A stretch of DNA of 64,000 nucleotides. It comes from Octopus vulgaris. Lineage: Eukaryota. The stretch is from the NCBI GenBank assembly GCA_951406725.2, contig OX597828.1, positions 23,436,001 to 23,500,000 of the forward strand, written 5' to 3'. A program made the position numbers and the translations under genes. The notes under the pieces were generated by a model. It saw nothing but the letters and a program-made list of their open reading frames with translations, ran no database searches and was not told where the DNA came from. This document shows, in pieces, positions 11,111 to 25,226 of the stretch; the first letter of the stretch is position 1, and each line of letters starts with the position of its first letter.

Positions 11111-12771
11111 ACGTTTAAGAGTTTCTATTGTTTTCAGATTGCCATCCCATATTTTATAGTGCACGCGTCGTTCCTTAAACCCCGATATAATACCAGTTAC
11201 TATTATAAATAACTTGTAGGACCTCGTTTGGCCCTGCTTGAATTTGAAGCCAAATCCATCCGCTTATTGCTTGCAAAGACAGTAGGAAATTTCTTTGTCC
11301 TGTCATGAGGGAACAGTGATTGATGTATTTCCATTTGATCCGTAACATCGCTGGGGTGTATGTCAACAGAGAAAATATTGATTTCCATAAAGTGAAAAAT
11401 AAATGGAAGGAAAATAGTTGGTAAATATTTCGGTGCGAACGCAAATAGCTTCTTACGTGGTGCCAGGGCATGCTCGACATAGCAGCCAGTTTTTTTTCAT
11501 TTTCTGAATAAAGGAGCTGTTTATGCGTAATTTCGATTTCACATTCGTTGAGGGCATGCAAAATAACACTGAAAAGGAAAAAGACCCGCGAAAGAAAACA
11601 CCCTATGTGGGAAACGTCAAGATCAACACCACCCCTCCCACTTTTTTCCGACAAAAAGTGGTTTGCAGCGGGTTTGCAGGTCAGATACGTTGAATGCACT
11701 CGAAAAAAATTGTGGAAAAAGATTATACCACACTGAGGTACGAAATATTTATCGAAAGAATAATATCTTGTACCGATTATACTCGTATTTTAATTAATTC
11801 GAATTTATGTACCTCTGGGGTGTCAAATAGCAACCACACCGTTGCATGTTTGACTCCCCAAGAGATATACTTAATGGTTGGCAGATGACCCTGCTCAATC
11901 ATCTGCTTTGGGAAGACGGTAATGGTGTCGAGAACCTTCGAATGCGTTCTCAACACCACCGTCCTCTCCTCTTGCTGTCTGAGCCACTCCTTAGGTGGAA
12001 CAATCTCCCACTCCCCAATCTTATCCGTATTTTTGTACCATGTTTCAAATAAAAACTTGAAAACAATAGTTCACAAAAAAAGGAAAGAGAGAATTCAAAA
12101 GAAAACAAAATGGAAGAATAAAAAATAAGCAAACAGTTCAATAAAAAAAGTTACACTATAAGACGAAAACTACAGTTCAAAAAAGCACAGCAAAAAAAAT
12201 TTTCTGGGCATGGAGGTACTCCAAGCCCTATGGTACTCCAATTCGAACCTGGACTGCTCCACTTGAAATACAGGTTTCCGACGTAGTTGTAAAATACACA
12301 ATATTTACAAACAGCGAACGACTTTTGGTGGCAGTAAACGTCACCAAACTATATTTCTCACCATGAGAAAAAGTTTTCACTTCATGTGAACACTTGAAAT
12401 AGTTTTCCAATAATGGCAAATGTTATTGTTGTAAAAACATACACTGTTAAAAAGTGAACAATTTTTTGTTCAAGGATACGTGCACAAGACTGTACTTCTA
12501 ACAATGAGAAAAAAAATTTCATTTACTAAGGACCATGTTGCTGAACCGCAAGTAGACCAACACCCTGAATCCAGTGAGGATTCCCTGTTTGTAAAACATA
12601 TAAGCATAGAAAAGGACCCTCACTGGGTCCCAGAGAAAAGTCTTACCTTGCAGCAGCTTCTTTTGGCAGGCCAAACACTGCCGACTATCTTCTTCAGTGC
12701 ACAACACAATGACACATGCACACTGACTCATGGGAAGCAAGCTACTTACGACACAGCCACTCCTGCTCCTA

Positions 12772-12830
<59 letters not shown>

Positions 12831-12832
<2 letters not shown>

Positions 12833-13252
12833 TATAGACAAAATTAACAGAATGAGATAATAAATCCAAGGCAGTGAATAGATTTCCTGTCATTTATAAA
12901 AAGGTCTTCCAGCTGTTTCTGGGATATTTTATATATCCCTTCGTCGGAGACGGTGCGAGAAAATGTTTAAGTAACAGTTATTATAGAGAAGATATGAAAT
13001 AGAGAGTGAAGTGGAGGAATGAAACAGACGTGATATACGTAAGGATATTGTATTTGCATTTGTATTTTTTAAGCAGAATGGTGTATATATAAGTTTCCTA
13101 TAACTTGTATGTGAGTTTCAATGGTATTTATAGTTGGTAATTCCAAGCAGAAATTCTTGTAAACGGTGTTATTCGATCGAGATTTTTTTTTAAGTGACTT
13201 AAGATTTGGGAATGTAAAGGTCATATCAAAAACAGGAGGAGAAAAAAGTATG
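12831..13252 (-). mobile_element. Penelope-like 3' fragment with minimal hammerhead-like motif
   Basis: (TA)n on both sides. Minus strand 12951-12904 reads GTCT-CCGACGA-A-GGGATAT-ataaa-ATATCCC-A-GAAAC-AGCT-GGA-AGAC. Confidence 0.65.
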
Positions 13253-13253
13253 C

Positions 13254-13297
<44 letters not shown>

Positions 13298-13404
13298 GCA
13301 TATATAATATATACATATATATATATATATGTGTGTATGTATTTGTATATAGACAAACAGATAGATATAGATATACATGTATACACACATACATATATAT
13401 ATAC

Positions 13405-13485
<81 letters not shown>

Positions 13486-13937
13486 CATACATACAGGGAG
13501 AGCTCAGCCAATTCAATTCACGTATATGCTTGGCAGTCACTATATTTTATAGACCACAGAAATTGATGGAAAAAATGTCGATCTTGGCGGCATTTGAGCT
13601 TAGAGGGCAAATAACCGGAACAAAACCCTACACCCTCACAAATGTGCCATGAGAATAAGATCGTCCAATAAAAATGGCAATTGTGGTTTCTATGATTTCT
13701 GACAGAAAGACAACTGCAATAAATTTTAATTTTTTTTTATTAGCAGAGTAGCTTTCATTACGTGCAGAGTCATGCTCGACAAGTGATTGAATATATCGAA
13801 CTCATGGGAAGAACGCTTGATTCAGTCTCAGCGAGATTTAAGGGCGTAATTGATGTGGACGATGTAAGGATGTGGACGATGTAATATGACTAGGGTTATA
13901 ACGATAATACATGCTCGTGCTCACAGTAATAATAGTC

Positions 13938-13980
<43 letters not shown>

Positions 13981-14479
13981 CAACAACAACAAAAAGAATA
14001 AGAAGGAGGAAGAAGAGGAGGTGGATGAAGGGGAAGAGGATGAAGAGGAGGAGAAAAAGAAGAAGAAAAAGAAGGAGGAGGAGGTGGCAAAGAAGAAGAA
14101 GAAGAAGAAGAAGAAGAAAGAACAACAACAAACACAACAGTAACAATAAAAGCAACAACAGCAAGAATGAAGAGGAGAAGAAGTAAAAGGTGGAGGAGGA
14201 GGACGAGGAGGAGGAGGTAAAGAAGAAAAAGAAGATGAAAAGGTAGAAGAAGAAGAAGAAGAAGAAGAAGAAGAAGAAGAAGAAGAAGAAGAAGAAGAAG
14301 AAGAAGAAAAAGAAGAAGAAGAAGAAGAAGAAGAAGAAGAAGAAGAAGAAGAAGATGATGATGATGATGATGATGATGAAAAGCCCTGATGCAATAACAG
14401 ATATTGGCTCTCCTAGCTTCTAATCCTAACTTCTAATCTCATAGCTTCTAATCGCAAATGTCACCATGAATATATTTTG

Positions 14480-14908
14480 TCTGGATGCAAATGATGGGCC
14501 ACAGCAAATATTCTGCTCTATACTACAGATTTCCTTTCAGTTGTTTTTTTTTACCTTAACCAGTTGAATATATCCTTAATGACAAACGATATGCGCGTCT
14601 CTGATCACGAGCAGGAGAAATGTCTATCTGTTGAGGGGAATTCTTTGGGGTTTGAATAATTCACCTCTAAAAACGGATATTTTTTGAGCAGGATGGTCTA
14701 CTTGACATGAAGAAAAATCTAGCTAGGCCCCATCAACAAGGTGATGCACTGTTTATCTTGATATGAGATCACAATGTCAGACACGCATGGTTATGATGCA
14801 TGTGCGTGGCTTATGCTTATCAGACGGGTTGTCTTGATAGGTTTATTGGGCTTCGTGTATGTGTACCCCTGTGTCATTTTCTGTGATGTGCGCTGCTCTC
14901 TCACTCAA
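14480..14908 (+). mobile_element. Dispersed non-coding repeat, older copy of the 35739-36207 family
   Basis: Shares cagcaaatattctgctc, gtttatcttgatatgagatcac, cttatcagacggg and gctctctcactcaa with the reverse complement of 35739-36207. Confidence 0.75.
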
Positions 14909-15517
14909 AATCTGAAATTTTGTGGGACGGTACGTACCTAAGTCACGTCGACCTAAGTTCTCGACTGGTAATTATTTTATCGACCCCCACGAAAAAATGT
15001 AAGAGAATTTGAGTTGGGCTGAATTTGAACTCAGAACGAAAACACTGACGAAATTCCGCTAAGCATTTTGTCCGACATGCTAAGATTTCTATCAAGGAGA
15101 AGAACTGAAATTCAGATGTGTCTAGTCGATTACGACAACCGAAAATATGGAATGCAAATTCGTCATCGACTGGCCTCGATCGCTAAACGCAGATTCTTAG
15201 TAATTTAGGAGCCAAGCCATCAGTTTTTTAGAGATGGTGGATGGGTGTTGTGCAATAAATCGATATCATTCGATCCCTGTACTTGATTATTATATTATTT
15301 TATCGACTCTGAAAAGATGAAAGACAAGGTTTACCTCGATGGGATTTCAACTCTTAACTGATACTGTAGCAAAGAATAACAGCTAATTGACGAGAACACA
15401 ATGAAACCATAACTCGTATGCATTAGTTGCGAATGCTACCACAAACACTTACGCACACACGTATATATACATACATACATACATATATACATAATATACA
15501 TAATATACATATGTGTA

Positions 15518-15905
15518 GTGGAGGCGCAATGGCCCAGTGGTTAGGGCAGCGGACTCGCGGTCATAGGATCGCGGTTTCGATTCCCAGACCGGGCGTTGTG
15601 AGTGTTTATTGAGCGAAAACACCTAAAAAGCTCCACGAGGCTCCGGCAGGGGATGGTGGTGATCCCTGCTGTACTCTTTCACCACAACTTTCTCTCACTC
15701 TTACTTCCTGTTTCTGTTGTACCTGTATTTCAAGGGGCCGGCCTTGTCACTCTCTGTGTCACGCTGAATATCCCCGAGAACTACGTTAATGGTGCACGTG
15801 TCTGTGGAGTGCTCAGCCACTTACACGTTAATTTCACGAGCAGGCTGTTCCGTTGATTCGGATCAACCGGAACCCTCATCTTCGTTACCGACGGAGTGCT
15901 TTCAT
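15518..15905 (+). mobile_element. tRNA-derived SINE (head type R, tail B)
   Basis: A box tggcccagtgg and B box gtttcgattcc. Tail cacgtgtctgtggagtgctcagccactt is shared with 52860-53177. Confidence 0.88.
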
Positions 15906-16006
15906 CCATACATATGTGTGTGTGTGTGCATAGGTATATATGTGTAGCTAGGCGTATGAGTGTGTGTGCATGTGCGTGTGTGTATGTGTGTGTGTTGGTG
16001 TGTATG

Positions 16007-16041
<35 letters not shown>

Positions 16042-16134
16042 CCTTTGTGTTTGCCCTCGTAACTTATACGGTGTGGTGCTGAAACGTTCCTGGCTTTGAC
16101 GGTATCGCGAAAGGTAATTCAGGAACTTCTTCCG

Positions 16135-16204
<70 letters not shown>

Positions 16205-16206
<2 letters not shown>

Positions 16207-17645
16207 CTGGACTACCCCTATCCATTTTGGTCACCAATAGTTCAACAAGGTACCCGAACAAACCGTGTGTCTCGGGAATCCTTGGTCCTATTTACGCGAA
16301 ACTTCTGTTATTACGTGTGTATTCACATTTTAATGGTACCTTACATTCAAAGCATTTTTCCCATTGTACACCGGTTTCGCTATTTATACAGGTACCCGAA
16401 AAAACCGTGTGTCTCGGTAACCTGTGGTCCGATTTGCGCAAAATCTGTTTTATTCCATTCGTATTCACATGAACATCCGATTCATAACATCTGCTTTTGT
16501 CTCGTTGCCTCTGTTTTGTCAGACGCTCAGCTCTCCGGGTGTCCGATTCCTGATTTCTCTTGCTTCTGTGTCTCTCCCTTTATTCTGCCAGATGCTCAGC
16601 CTTTGCTATATCAGTCTCATCATTCCCTCTATGAGCATCCCTTTCGCGATCTTGGATAAATATTTCATAAAGGACCAGTCCGTACAGGATTTTTTCGCGT
16701 GTATTTCGAGTTTTTTTCCACAGTTTTTTTTTTATGAGAGTATTCAACATATCTCACATCGAAACCCACCACAAGCCACTTTCTTCTGAAAAAAAAGCTG
16801 GGAAAGGTTGTGAGGACCTTGGAATTTCCCGGGAAACTGAGTATCGTGAGGTCTTTTTTCTTTAACAGGTTATTTCGCATGCTTTCAACGAATGTGATAC
16901 CGAGATCACGAGTGAACGGCTTCCTACCTCAGGAAAGGTGTGGATGCTATTTCTTGCACGCCCTGCTACCACGTGACACCTATTTCGGGTCCTTTATTGC
17001 TGTTATATGGTAGCAGCACGTGCTAGAAATAGCAGCCAAATCTTTGGAGGTGAGATACGTTGAATGCACTCCAAATAAACCCATGGGAAAAATTATTTGA
17101 CACCGATGTTACGAAGCAGTCTTCTACGAAATATTTACCGTATTTTTAAAATCATTTTCACTTTAAAATATTTTTAAAATATGCCAAACAATATTTTTGT
17201 AATGGTATTCACTTGAAAATAATATTCAAAAAGATAAAAATATCGTTTGTTTAAAGAAAGCTAAAATATAAATACTTACTGTACAAAAAACTTACTTTTC
17301 TGAAATCACATTCACTGAAAGTTTCTCTAAATTGTTAAAATATTGTTTAATAAAAGCGAACATAGAAAGATTTACTGTAAAAAAATCACTCGTATTTTTT
17401 CGTTGGCAAGTTACAGTGACTAATGTTTCTAATCGAAATGTTAGAGTCTCTTCCCTTTCAGAGTTAAGCTACTTTCGGAGTATTTTCCCATTAAGCACCG
17501 TTTTGGGTATTTATAGCCCCCAAAACCCCCAACATCTCAAGAACAACTGGTCTGATTTACGTGGAATTTATTTTATTCCGTTTGTATTCATATTTCAGGG
17601 AAACTTTAGTTTCAAAGTAGTTCCATTATGTGCCGGTTTGGCTGT
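16205..17645. repeat. Composite repeat with diverged units of about 140 bp and an inverted pair
   Basis: ggtacccgaa.aaaccgtgtgtctcgg at about 16249 and 16391, diverged unit at 17480-17640. gatacgttgaatgcactc motif at about 17055 (+), 16745 (-) and 11685 (+). Confidence 0.55.
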
Positions 17646-17655
17646 ATGTAGAGAA

Positions 17656-17744
<89 letters not shown>

Positions 17745-17902
17745 CAGATAGATAGATAGATGGATAGATAGGTAGATAGATAGAGAGAGAGAGTGGAAGA
17801 GACAGAGAGATACATACATGCATACATACAGACGTACGTACGTACATACATACATACATACAATAGCAACAATACAACAGCAATGACAATAAGTAAACAA
17901 CA

Positions 17903-18395
17903 GGGGCGGCGTTGTAGTAAGAAGCTTGCTTCCCAATGACATGGTCCTAGTTTCGATTCCTATATAAGGCACCATGGGGAAAATGATTTCTACTATAGCC
18001 CTGAGCCCTCCAAGGCAATGTGACTGGATTTCGTAGATAGAAACTGAAAGAAGCCCGACGTAGATAAGGTCGTGCATGCGTGTGCGTGTGTGCACGTGTG
18101 TGTGTCCGTGCATGCGTGTATGTGTATATGTGTGCGTATATATGTGTGTGCGAACGTATGTATGTGTGTGTGTTTGTGCGTGTGTATGTGTGTGTCGGTG
18201 TTTGTCGACCTTCACCACTTGACAAACGCTTTTGGTGTGATTACGACCACTAACTTAGCGGACTGAAAAGAAAAGCTCGATAGAATCGTACCAGGCTTAA
18301 AAATAACAAAGAAATTGATTTGTTCAGCTGAAATTATACAAGGAAGTGCCCCAGCCTGGCCGCAATGTAATGATTGAAACAAACAAAAGATAAAC
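17903..18395 (+). mobile_element. Family O SINE, diverged
   Basis: Similarity along its length to 29201-29595, with an expanded internal TG tract. Confidence 0.8.
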
Positions 18396-19222
18396 AGATA
18401 CAAGATCTGAAACAGCTTCAGTGTTATACACAACAACAACACAAAATTAAAGAAACAGACACTCCAAGAAGAAGAAGAACAACAACAACAACTGCAAGAC
18501 TAAGAACAATGCCATAAAACACAAACAACAATAACAACAACAGCAATAAAAAATGCTACAACGTTAATAATGGAAACAATAACAAATCTGCAACATCAGC
18601 AGCAGCAGCAACAGCAACAACAACAACGCCGGCAATAGCAACGATTCGAGATACCTGAGCTGAGAGAAAAATAATTGATCAAGCAAACAAAAAGTGATTA
18701 AATGAGACACCCAACTTCTCTGTCTCTTTTATTTTTTTTTTACTTTATATCTTTTCTTTGTTTTATATTCTTTTATTATATTCTTTGCTAGAATTTTTGA
18801 TATATTGGATGAGGAGAAATAATGGCGGCACTAGCCCAAAAATAGGAACTTCTTCTCAATAACATTACACTTCGTTATTGGTATTGATTTCTTGTGTTGA
18901 TATCCTTAATTGCCATTATTGATAGTTCTAATTCACTTTGTTGACATAATTAATTAACTCTCTAACTACTGATCACCCGACTCCAATAACACCATTGTCT
19001 TTTTCTGTTACTACTTTATAGAAACCTCCCTCTCTACTCTTTCCTCTTTCTATCTCACACATTGTATCTCTCACTATCACTCTTGATAATATACATACAC
19101 ACATCCACATATATATATATATACACATGTATATATAAATATATATATAATGTATATATATATATATATATATATATGCAAGCATAAATATATAGATACA
19201 CACACACTATCTTTGTATGAGC

Positions 19223-19253
<31 letters not shown>

Positions 19254-19889
19254 TATTTATGAGTGTGTGTACATATGTATGTGTATATATGTGTGGGTAT
19301 GTGTGTGTGTGTGTGAATAGATATATATATACATCCTATCTCTTTATCTCTCTATCTTTATATACATATGTATACATCATATAAACGTGTGTGCGTGTGT
19401 GTGTGTATCTTTGTAGTATTGAACTATCTTTAAATCGTATCTGTTTATCTCACTCTCCTTCTCTGTCCATTTGCGTACCCCTCTGTTTCTATCTTCCTCT
19501 CTAAACAGGGAGAGAAACAAACAGAGCTCTCTCTCTCTCCATCTTTCTATCGCTATCTCCATCTCTCTATCTCTCTGTCGCGCGCGCATCGCTTTCGCAT
19601 AATCTCCCTACGACCCCTATCTGTTATAATGTCGTTCTTATTGCATCCATCAATCTCCATTCCCTGCTGTGCCCCGAGAAGTGACGAGCAGACGTACGTA
19701 CGGCATACACAGAGTGTGAGGCAGACTGAAAGATTCAATCATTCTCTCCTTCTCACATACAAGACACACGCACAAAAAACACATGAAAATGTATGATTCT
19801 ATGTGTGTGTTTGCGCCCGTACGTATTCGCATCGGTGTATATGTGTGTTTGTATGTGTATATATATGTATATATATGTCTATACATATG

Positions 19890-19923
<34 letters not shown>

Positions 19924-20195
19924 ATATATATATATATACATATACATATACATATATATATATATTATATATATATACATATACATATATTATTAAATAA
20001 ATATACACACATATATATATATATACATATACATATACATATATATATATATTATATATATATATACATATACATATATTATTAAATAAATATACACACA
20101 TATAATATATATATATATATGAATTTATAAAATGGCGGTGCCCCAACATAGCCACAGCTTGTAAGCTGAAACTAGATAAAATAAAAAACAAATAA

Positions 20196-20229
<34 letters not shown>

Positions 20230-20275
20230 TCATATGTATTTATATATATATACATATATATATACATACATACAG

Positions 20276-20309
<34 letters not shown>

Positions 20310-20310
20310 T

Positions 20311-20577
20311 ACTTTATTATTAAAGCTGCCAAAGGCATCACATAAGTCTCACAAAAAATAAACTGCTACTCAGAGTTCCACGTTCCCGTACGTCGGACAG
20401 TTGTGATTCGGATTGACAACTGTCCAACGAACGGGAACGTGAAGCTCTGTGTAGCTGTCTTTTGTGATATTTCTGTGATGTTTTTGCAGATTTAATAACA
20501 TAGCATACTACTCTACCTCCGGTATTCTAATACTATTTTTCCTCAACTTGTTTCACATTTATGTGCTTACTCCGAAA
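20311..20577. mobile_element. Fold-back Penelope-like unit with two inverted hammerhead-like motifs, in (TA)n
   Basis: Inverted arms at about 20317-20404 and 20416-20498. Consensus ACTGT-CCGACGA-ACG-GGAA-CGT-GAAAC-TCTGA-GTA-GCAGT. Confidence 0.7.
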
Positions 20578-20810
20578 TACATATATACAAATAAGCCAGC
20601 ACCGCTTGTGAAGCTGTTCTAGCAGCCAAACACAAAAGCAAAAAAGATGCGTGTATGTGTGTGTTATTTATAGAGAGGCGAAATGGTTCCGGAATCAGTC
20701 CTACTGGAACCTTGGACAAGTATCTTCTACTACCTCACCACTACCAAAGCTTTTTGTGTGGATTTGGTAGAGGGAAACTGAAAGAATCCCATCATATATA
20801 TATATACATA

Positions 20811-21615
<805 letters not shown>

Positions 21616-21653
21616 AAAATATATATATATATATATAAATATATATATATATA

Positions 21654-21850
21654 CCGGAGTAAACACATAAATGTGAAACAAGGTGGAAAAAAGAGTACTC
21701 AAATACCAGTGGTAGAGTAATATGCTTTATTTAAAGCAGCAGAAAATTCAACAAAACCTGTTACTCTGAGTTTCCCGATGAACGGCAACGGGAAACTCAG
21801 ATGTGTGCTAACAGGTTTTGTTGAATCTTTCTGCTGCTTTAAATAAATAA
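21654..21850. mobile_element. Fold-back Penelope-like unit in (TA)n, same family as 20311-20577
   Basis: Inverted arms at about 21726-21777 and 21789-21846, with motif CCGATGA-ACG-GCAA-CGG-GAAAC-TCAGA. Shared flank cggagtaaacacataaatgtgaaacaag. Confidence 0.7.
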
Positions 21851-21855
21851 TTATT

Positions 21856-21908
<53 letters not shown>

Positions 21909-22377
21909 TGTATGTGTGCGTGCTTGTGGGTGTGCGTGTATGTGTGTATGTATATTTGTATGTATGTATATATTATATCTCCATATAAACTAGAATCACT
22001 TTCCACTTTTTTAGTTCAGAAATTAAGAACATGTCTTCATGACAATCTCACAGTTACTATCGTGGACATTAATACTATACATCGATTTACTTTACCTATG
22101 GTTCTAAGCAGGTTCCTGCGGCTTGGAAGTGTAACGTTCTGACATGCAGTGGGATTTGGGCAATTTTAAATGGGTAGGCATCACGCTTTCATGGTCTGAG
22201 CACAGACTAGGAAGTAATACACAATACTACAAAAACGTAATTGAGAGAAGTAGAGGAGTAGGAGGTAATCCATTTATCAATCGCACAATGATTAAGTGCG
22301 ATTATGAGGTCCGCAGGAGCCGGGAAAATAGCCGAAAACCAGTTACCCGATACTCTACAGACCCAGCTGATGAGCGG

Positions 22378-22434
<57 letters not shown>

Positions 22435-22439
22435 CTCTC

Positions 22440-22469
<30 letters not shown>

Positions 22470-22470
<1 letters not shown>

Positions 22471-22870
22471 ATTTATATTATATAGAGGATACTATTATTC
22501 ATAGGTACCGCACGCTAGGAGGAACTCTTGCAGTCAAAACTACTAAAATAAACAAATTGTACCGAATGCAAAACTTCAAAGCAAGTCATTTAAAAACAGA
22601 ATTGTAACTAAATTGTAACTAAATGTAACTAAATTCTGTTTTTAAATGACTTGCTTTGAAGTTTTGCATTTGGTACAATTTGTTTATTTTAGTAGTTTTG
22701 ACTGCAAGATTCCCTCCAAGCGTGCGGTACCTATGAATAATACTACCCTCTATATAATATAAATAAATATTTTCAAAGTGGAAAACTTTACAGATTTTTT
22801 TCTCTTACGAGGTTTTTCACGCTAACTACTGATAATTTCTTATAAAGATTTTATCCTTAATTTTAACTTT
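22470..22870. mobile_element. Fold-back element in (TA)n with inverted arms of about 135 bp and a one-sided tail
   Basis: Arms at about 22470-22604 and 22632-22765. Second copy at 54776-55070. Confidence 0.8.
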
Positions 22871-22880
22871 ATATATACAT

Positions 22881-22921
<41 letters not shown>

Positions 22922-22939
22922 CGTATATATATATATATT

Positions 22940-23347
22940 GGCGCAGGAGTGGCTGTGTGGTAAGTGGCTTGCTTACCAACCACATGTTTTCGGGTTCAGT
23001 CCCACTGCGTTGCACCTTGAGCAAGTGTCTTCTACTATAGCCTTGGGCCACCATAGCTTTGTGAGTGAATTTGGTAGACGGAAACTGAAAGAAGCCCGTT
23101 GTATATATATATATAAATATTATGTGTGTGTATATGTTTGTGTGACTGTGTTTGTCGCTCCAACATCGCTTGACAACCGATGCTGGTTTGTTTACGTCTC
23201 CCTAAATTAGCGGTTCGGCAAAAAATGACCTATAGAATAAGTACTAGTCTTCCAAAGAATAAGTCCTGGGGTTGATTAGCTCGACTAAAGCCGGTGCTCC
23301 AGCATGCCCGCAGTAAAATGACTGAAACAAGTGAAAGAATAAAAGAA
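22940..23347 (+). mobile_element. Family O SINE
   Basis: Full-length similarity to the other family O copies. Confidence 0.9.
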
Positions 23348-23911
23348 TATATATATATACATCAAGCAAAAACTTAGCCGAGTCATTTTATCATTGCACG
23401 AAACATTTCCTAATAATTTTCATGGCAGTTTGAGTTCACATCTGGCAGCTATCATCTTGGTGTGTCTTCCGATTTCAACGGACAAAAGAGGAGCTAACCC
23501 AAGGTGTTAGCTGACAAGAGTGTTAAAATGTCAAGCGCAGATGCCTTGAGGGATTGCAACCCAAGATTGTGCGTTCGACCACACCATCTTCCTTGACACT
23601 GGCGCTAAGTTGTATCGGCCTCATTCGGCGACATTTCTCTTGGATAAGCATCGGTGGCATTGATAAGAGTTTTGCTCGCATACGCCACTACAAACTTCGT
23701 CCAGGCCTGCACAGTTGTGTGTAGATAGTAAGTTCAACTTTGACCACAGGAGGCCCTACCTATAACGGATGCATTTAATGGGATTTCCCCGCTATTTTCA
23801 AACAGACCGAGGGATCAAGTTGAAACTATCGCTGCTTTATTCATTCGTCTTTTCTTCGGATTCTATTCGTATTAATAAGGACATCGTCGTCGTCATATCT
23901 TATATCCACTC

Positions 23912-23955
<44 letters not shown>

Positions 23956-24063
23956 ATGGTGGTGGTAGTAGTTGTGGTGATGGTGCTGGAAGTGGTGGTG
24001 GTGGCGGCGGCGGCGGTGGTATTGGCGGTGGCGTTGGCAGCGGTAGTAGTAGTAGTAGTAGTC

Positions 24064-24096
<33 letters not shown>

Positions 24097-24518
24097 GCAG
24101 CAGCAGTAGCAGTAGTAGTAGCAGTAGTAATAGTAGTAGTAGTAGTAGAGCAATGTACTATTGTTGTTGATGTTATTGGTAGTGGTTTGGTGGTGGTGGT
24201 GGTGGTGGTTGTGCTGGTGGTGCTGGTTGTGATGCTGGTTGTGGTGGTGGTGGTGGTGGTGGTGGTGGTGGTGGTAGTGGCAGTGGTGGTGGTGGTAGTG
24301 GTAGTGGTGCTGGTGGTGAATGTGGTGGTGGTGGTTGTAATGTTTGTCTCACATGTTATTGGTGTCTTCACACTTAGCACATTGTTGTAACAGTTACGGC
24401 GACAGCAACAACAACACCTTACTATAATGACAACAACAGCAACAACAATAACTAAAACGTCGTCGTTGATTACATTTTCTACTTAATGATTCTATACACA
24501 CTCACACACACATTTATG

Positions 24519-24567
<49 letters not shown>

Positions 24568-24706
24568 CATACCTACATACATATATAAATATACATATAT
24601 TGTATACATACACATAGATGTATATATACATTTATATGTAAATATTTATGCGTGTATTACATACATGCACACACACGCACACACACATATATATATACAT
24701 TTATAG

Positions 24707-24760
<54 letters not shown>

Positions 24761-24765
24761 TTATA

Positions 24766-24868
<103 letters not shown>

Positions 24869-24923
24869 TATACACATTCATATATATATGTATACATATA
24901 TATATATATTATAAATATTTATC

Positions 24924-24975
<52 letters not shown>

Positions 24976-25102
24976 TATACATATATACATTGATAGAACT
25001 ATATATATATATATATATTCATATGCAAATGCATATATAAACATTCATATATATACATATATATATTAGTTTATATATATTATATATATGTGTGTGTACG
25101 TG

Positions 25103-25133
<31 letters not shown>

Positions 25134-25174
25134 GTGTGTATGTATATATATATATGTATATATATTTTTTTATA

Positions 25175-25226
<52 letters not shown>

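Noticed and set aside
12525-12735. Minus-strand segment with a GTAAGA donor, a short intron-like stretch and a CVVH (hAT CxxH-like) peptide
   Set aside because: Stops in the relevant frame and no other transposase motif recognised. Ambiguous.
15521-15595. tRNA-like sequence (also at 4969, 9930, 60213)
   Set aside because: A and B boxes are present, but the cloverleaf is imperfect and runs into SINE bodies. These are SINE heads, not tRNA genes.
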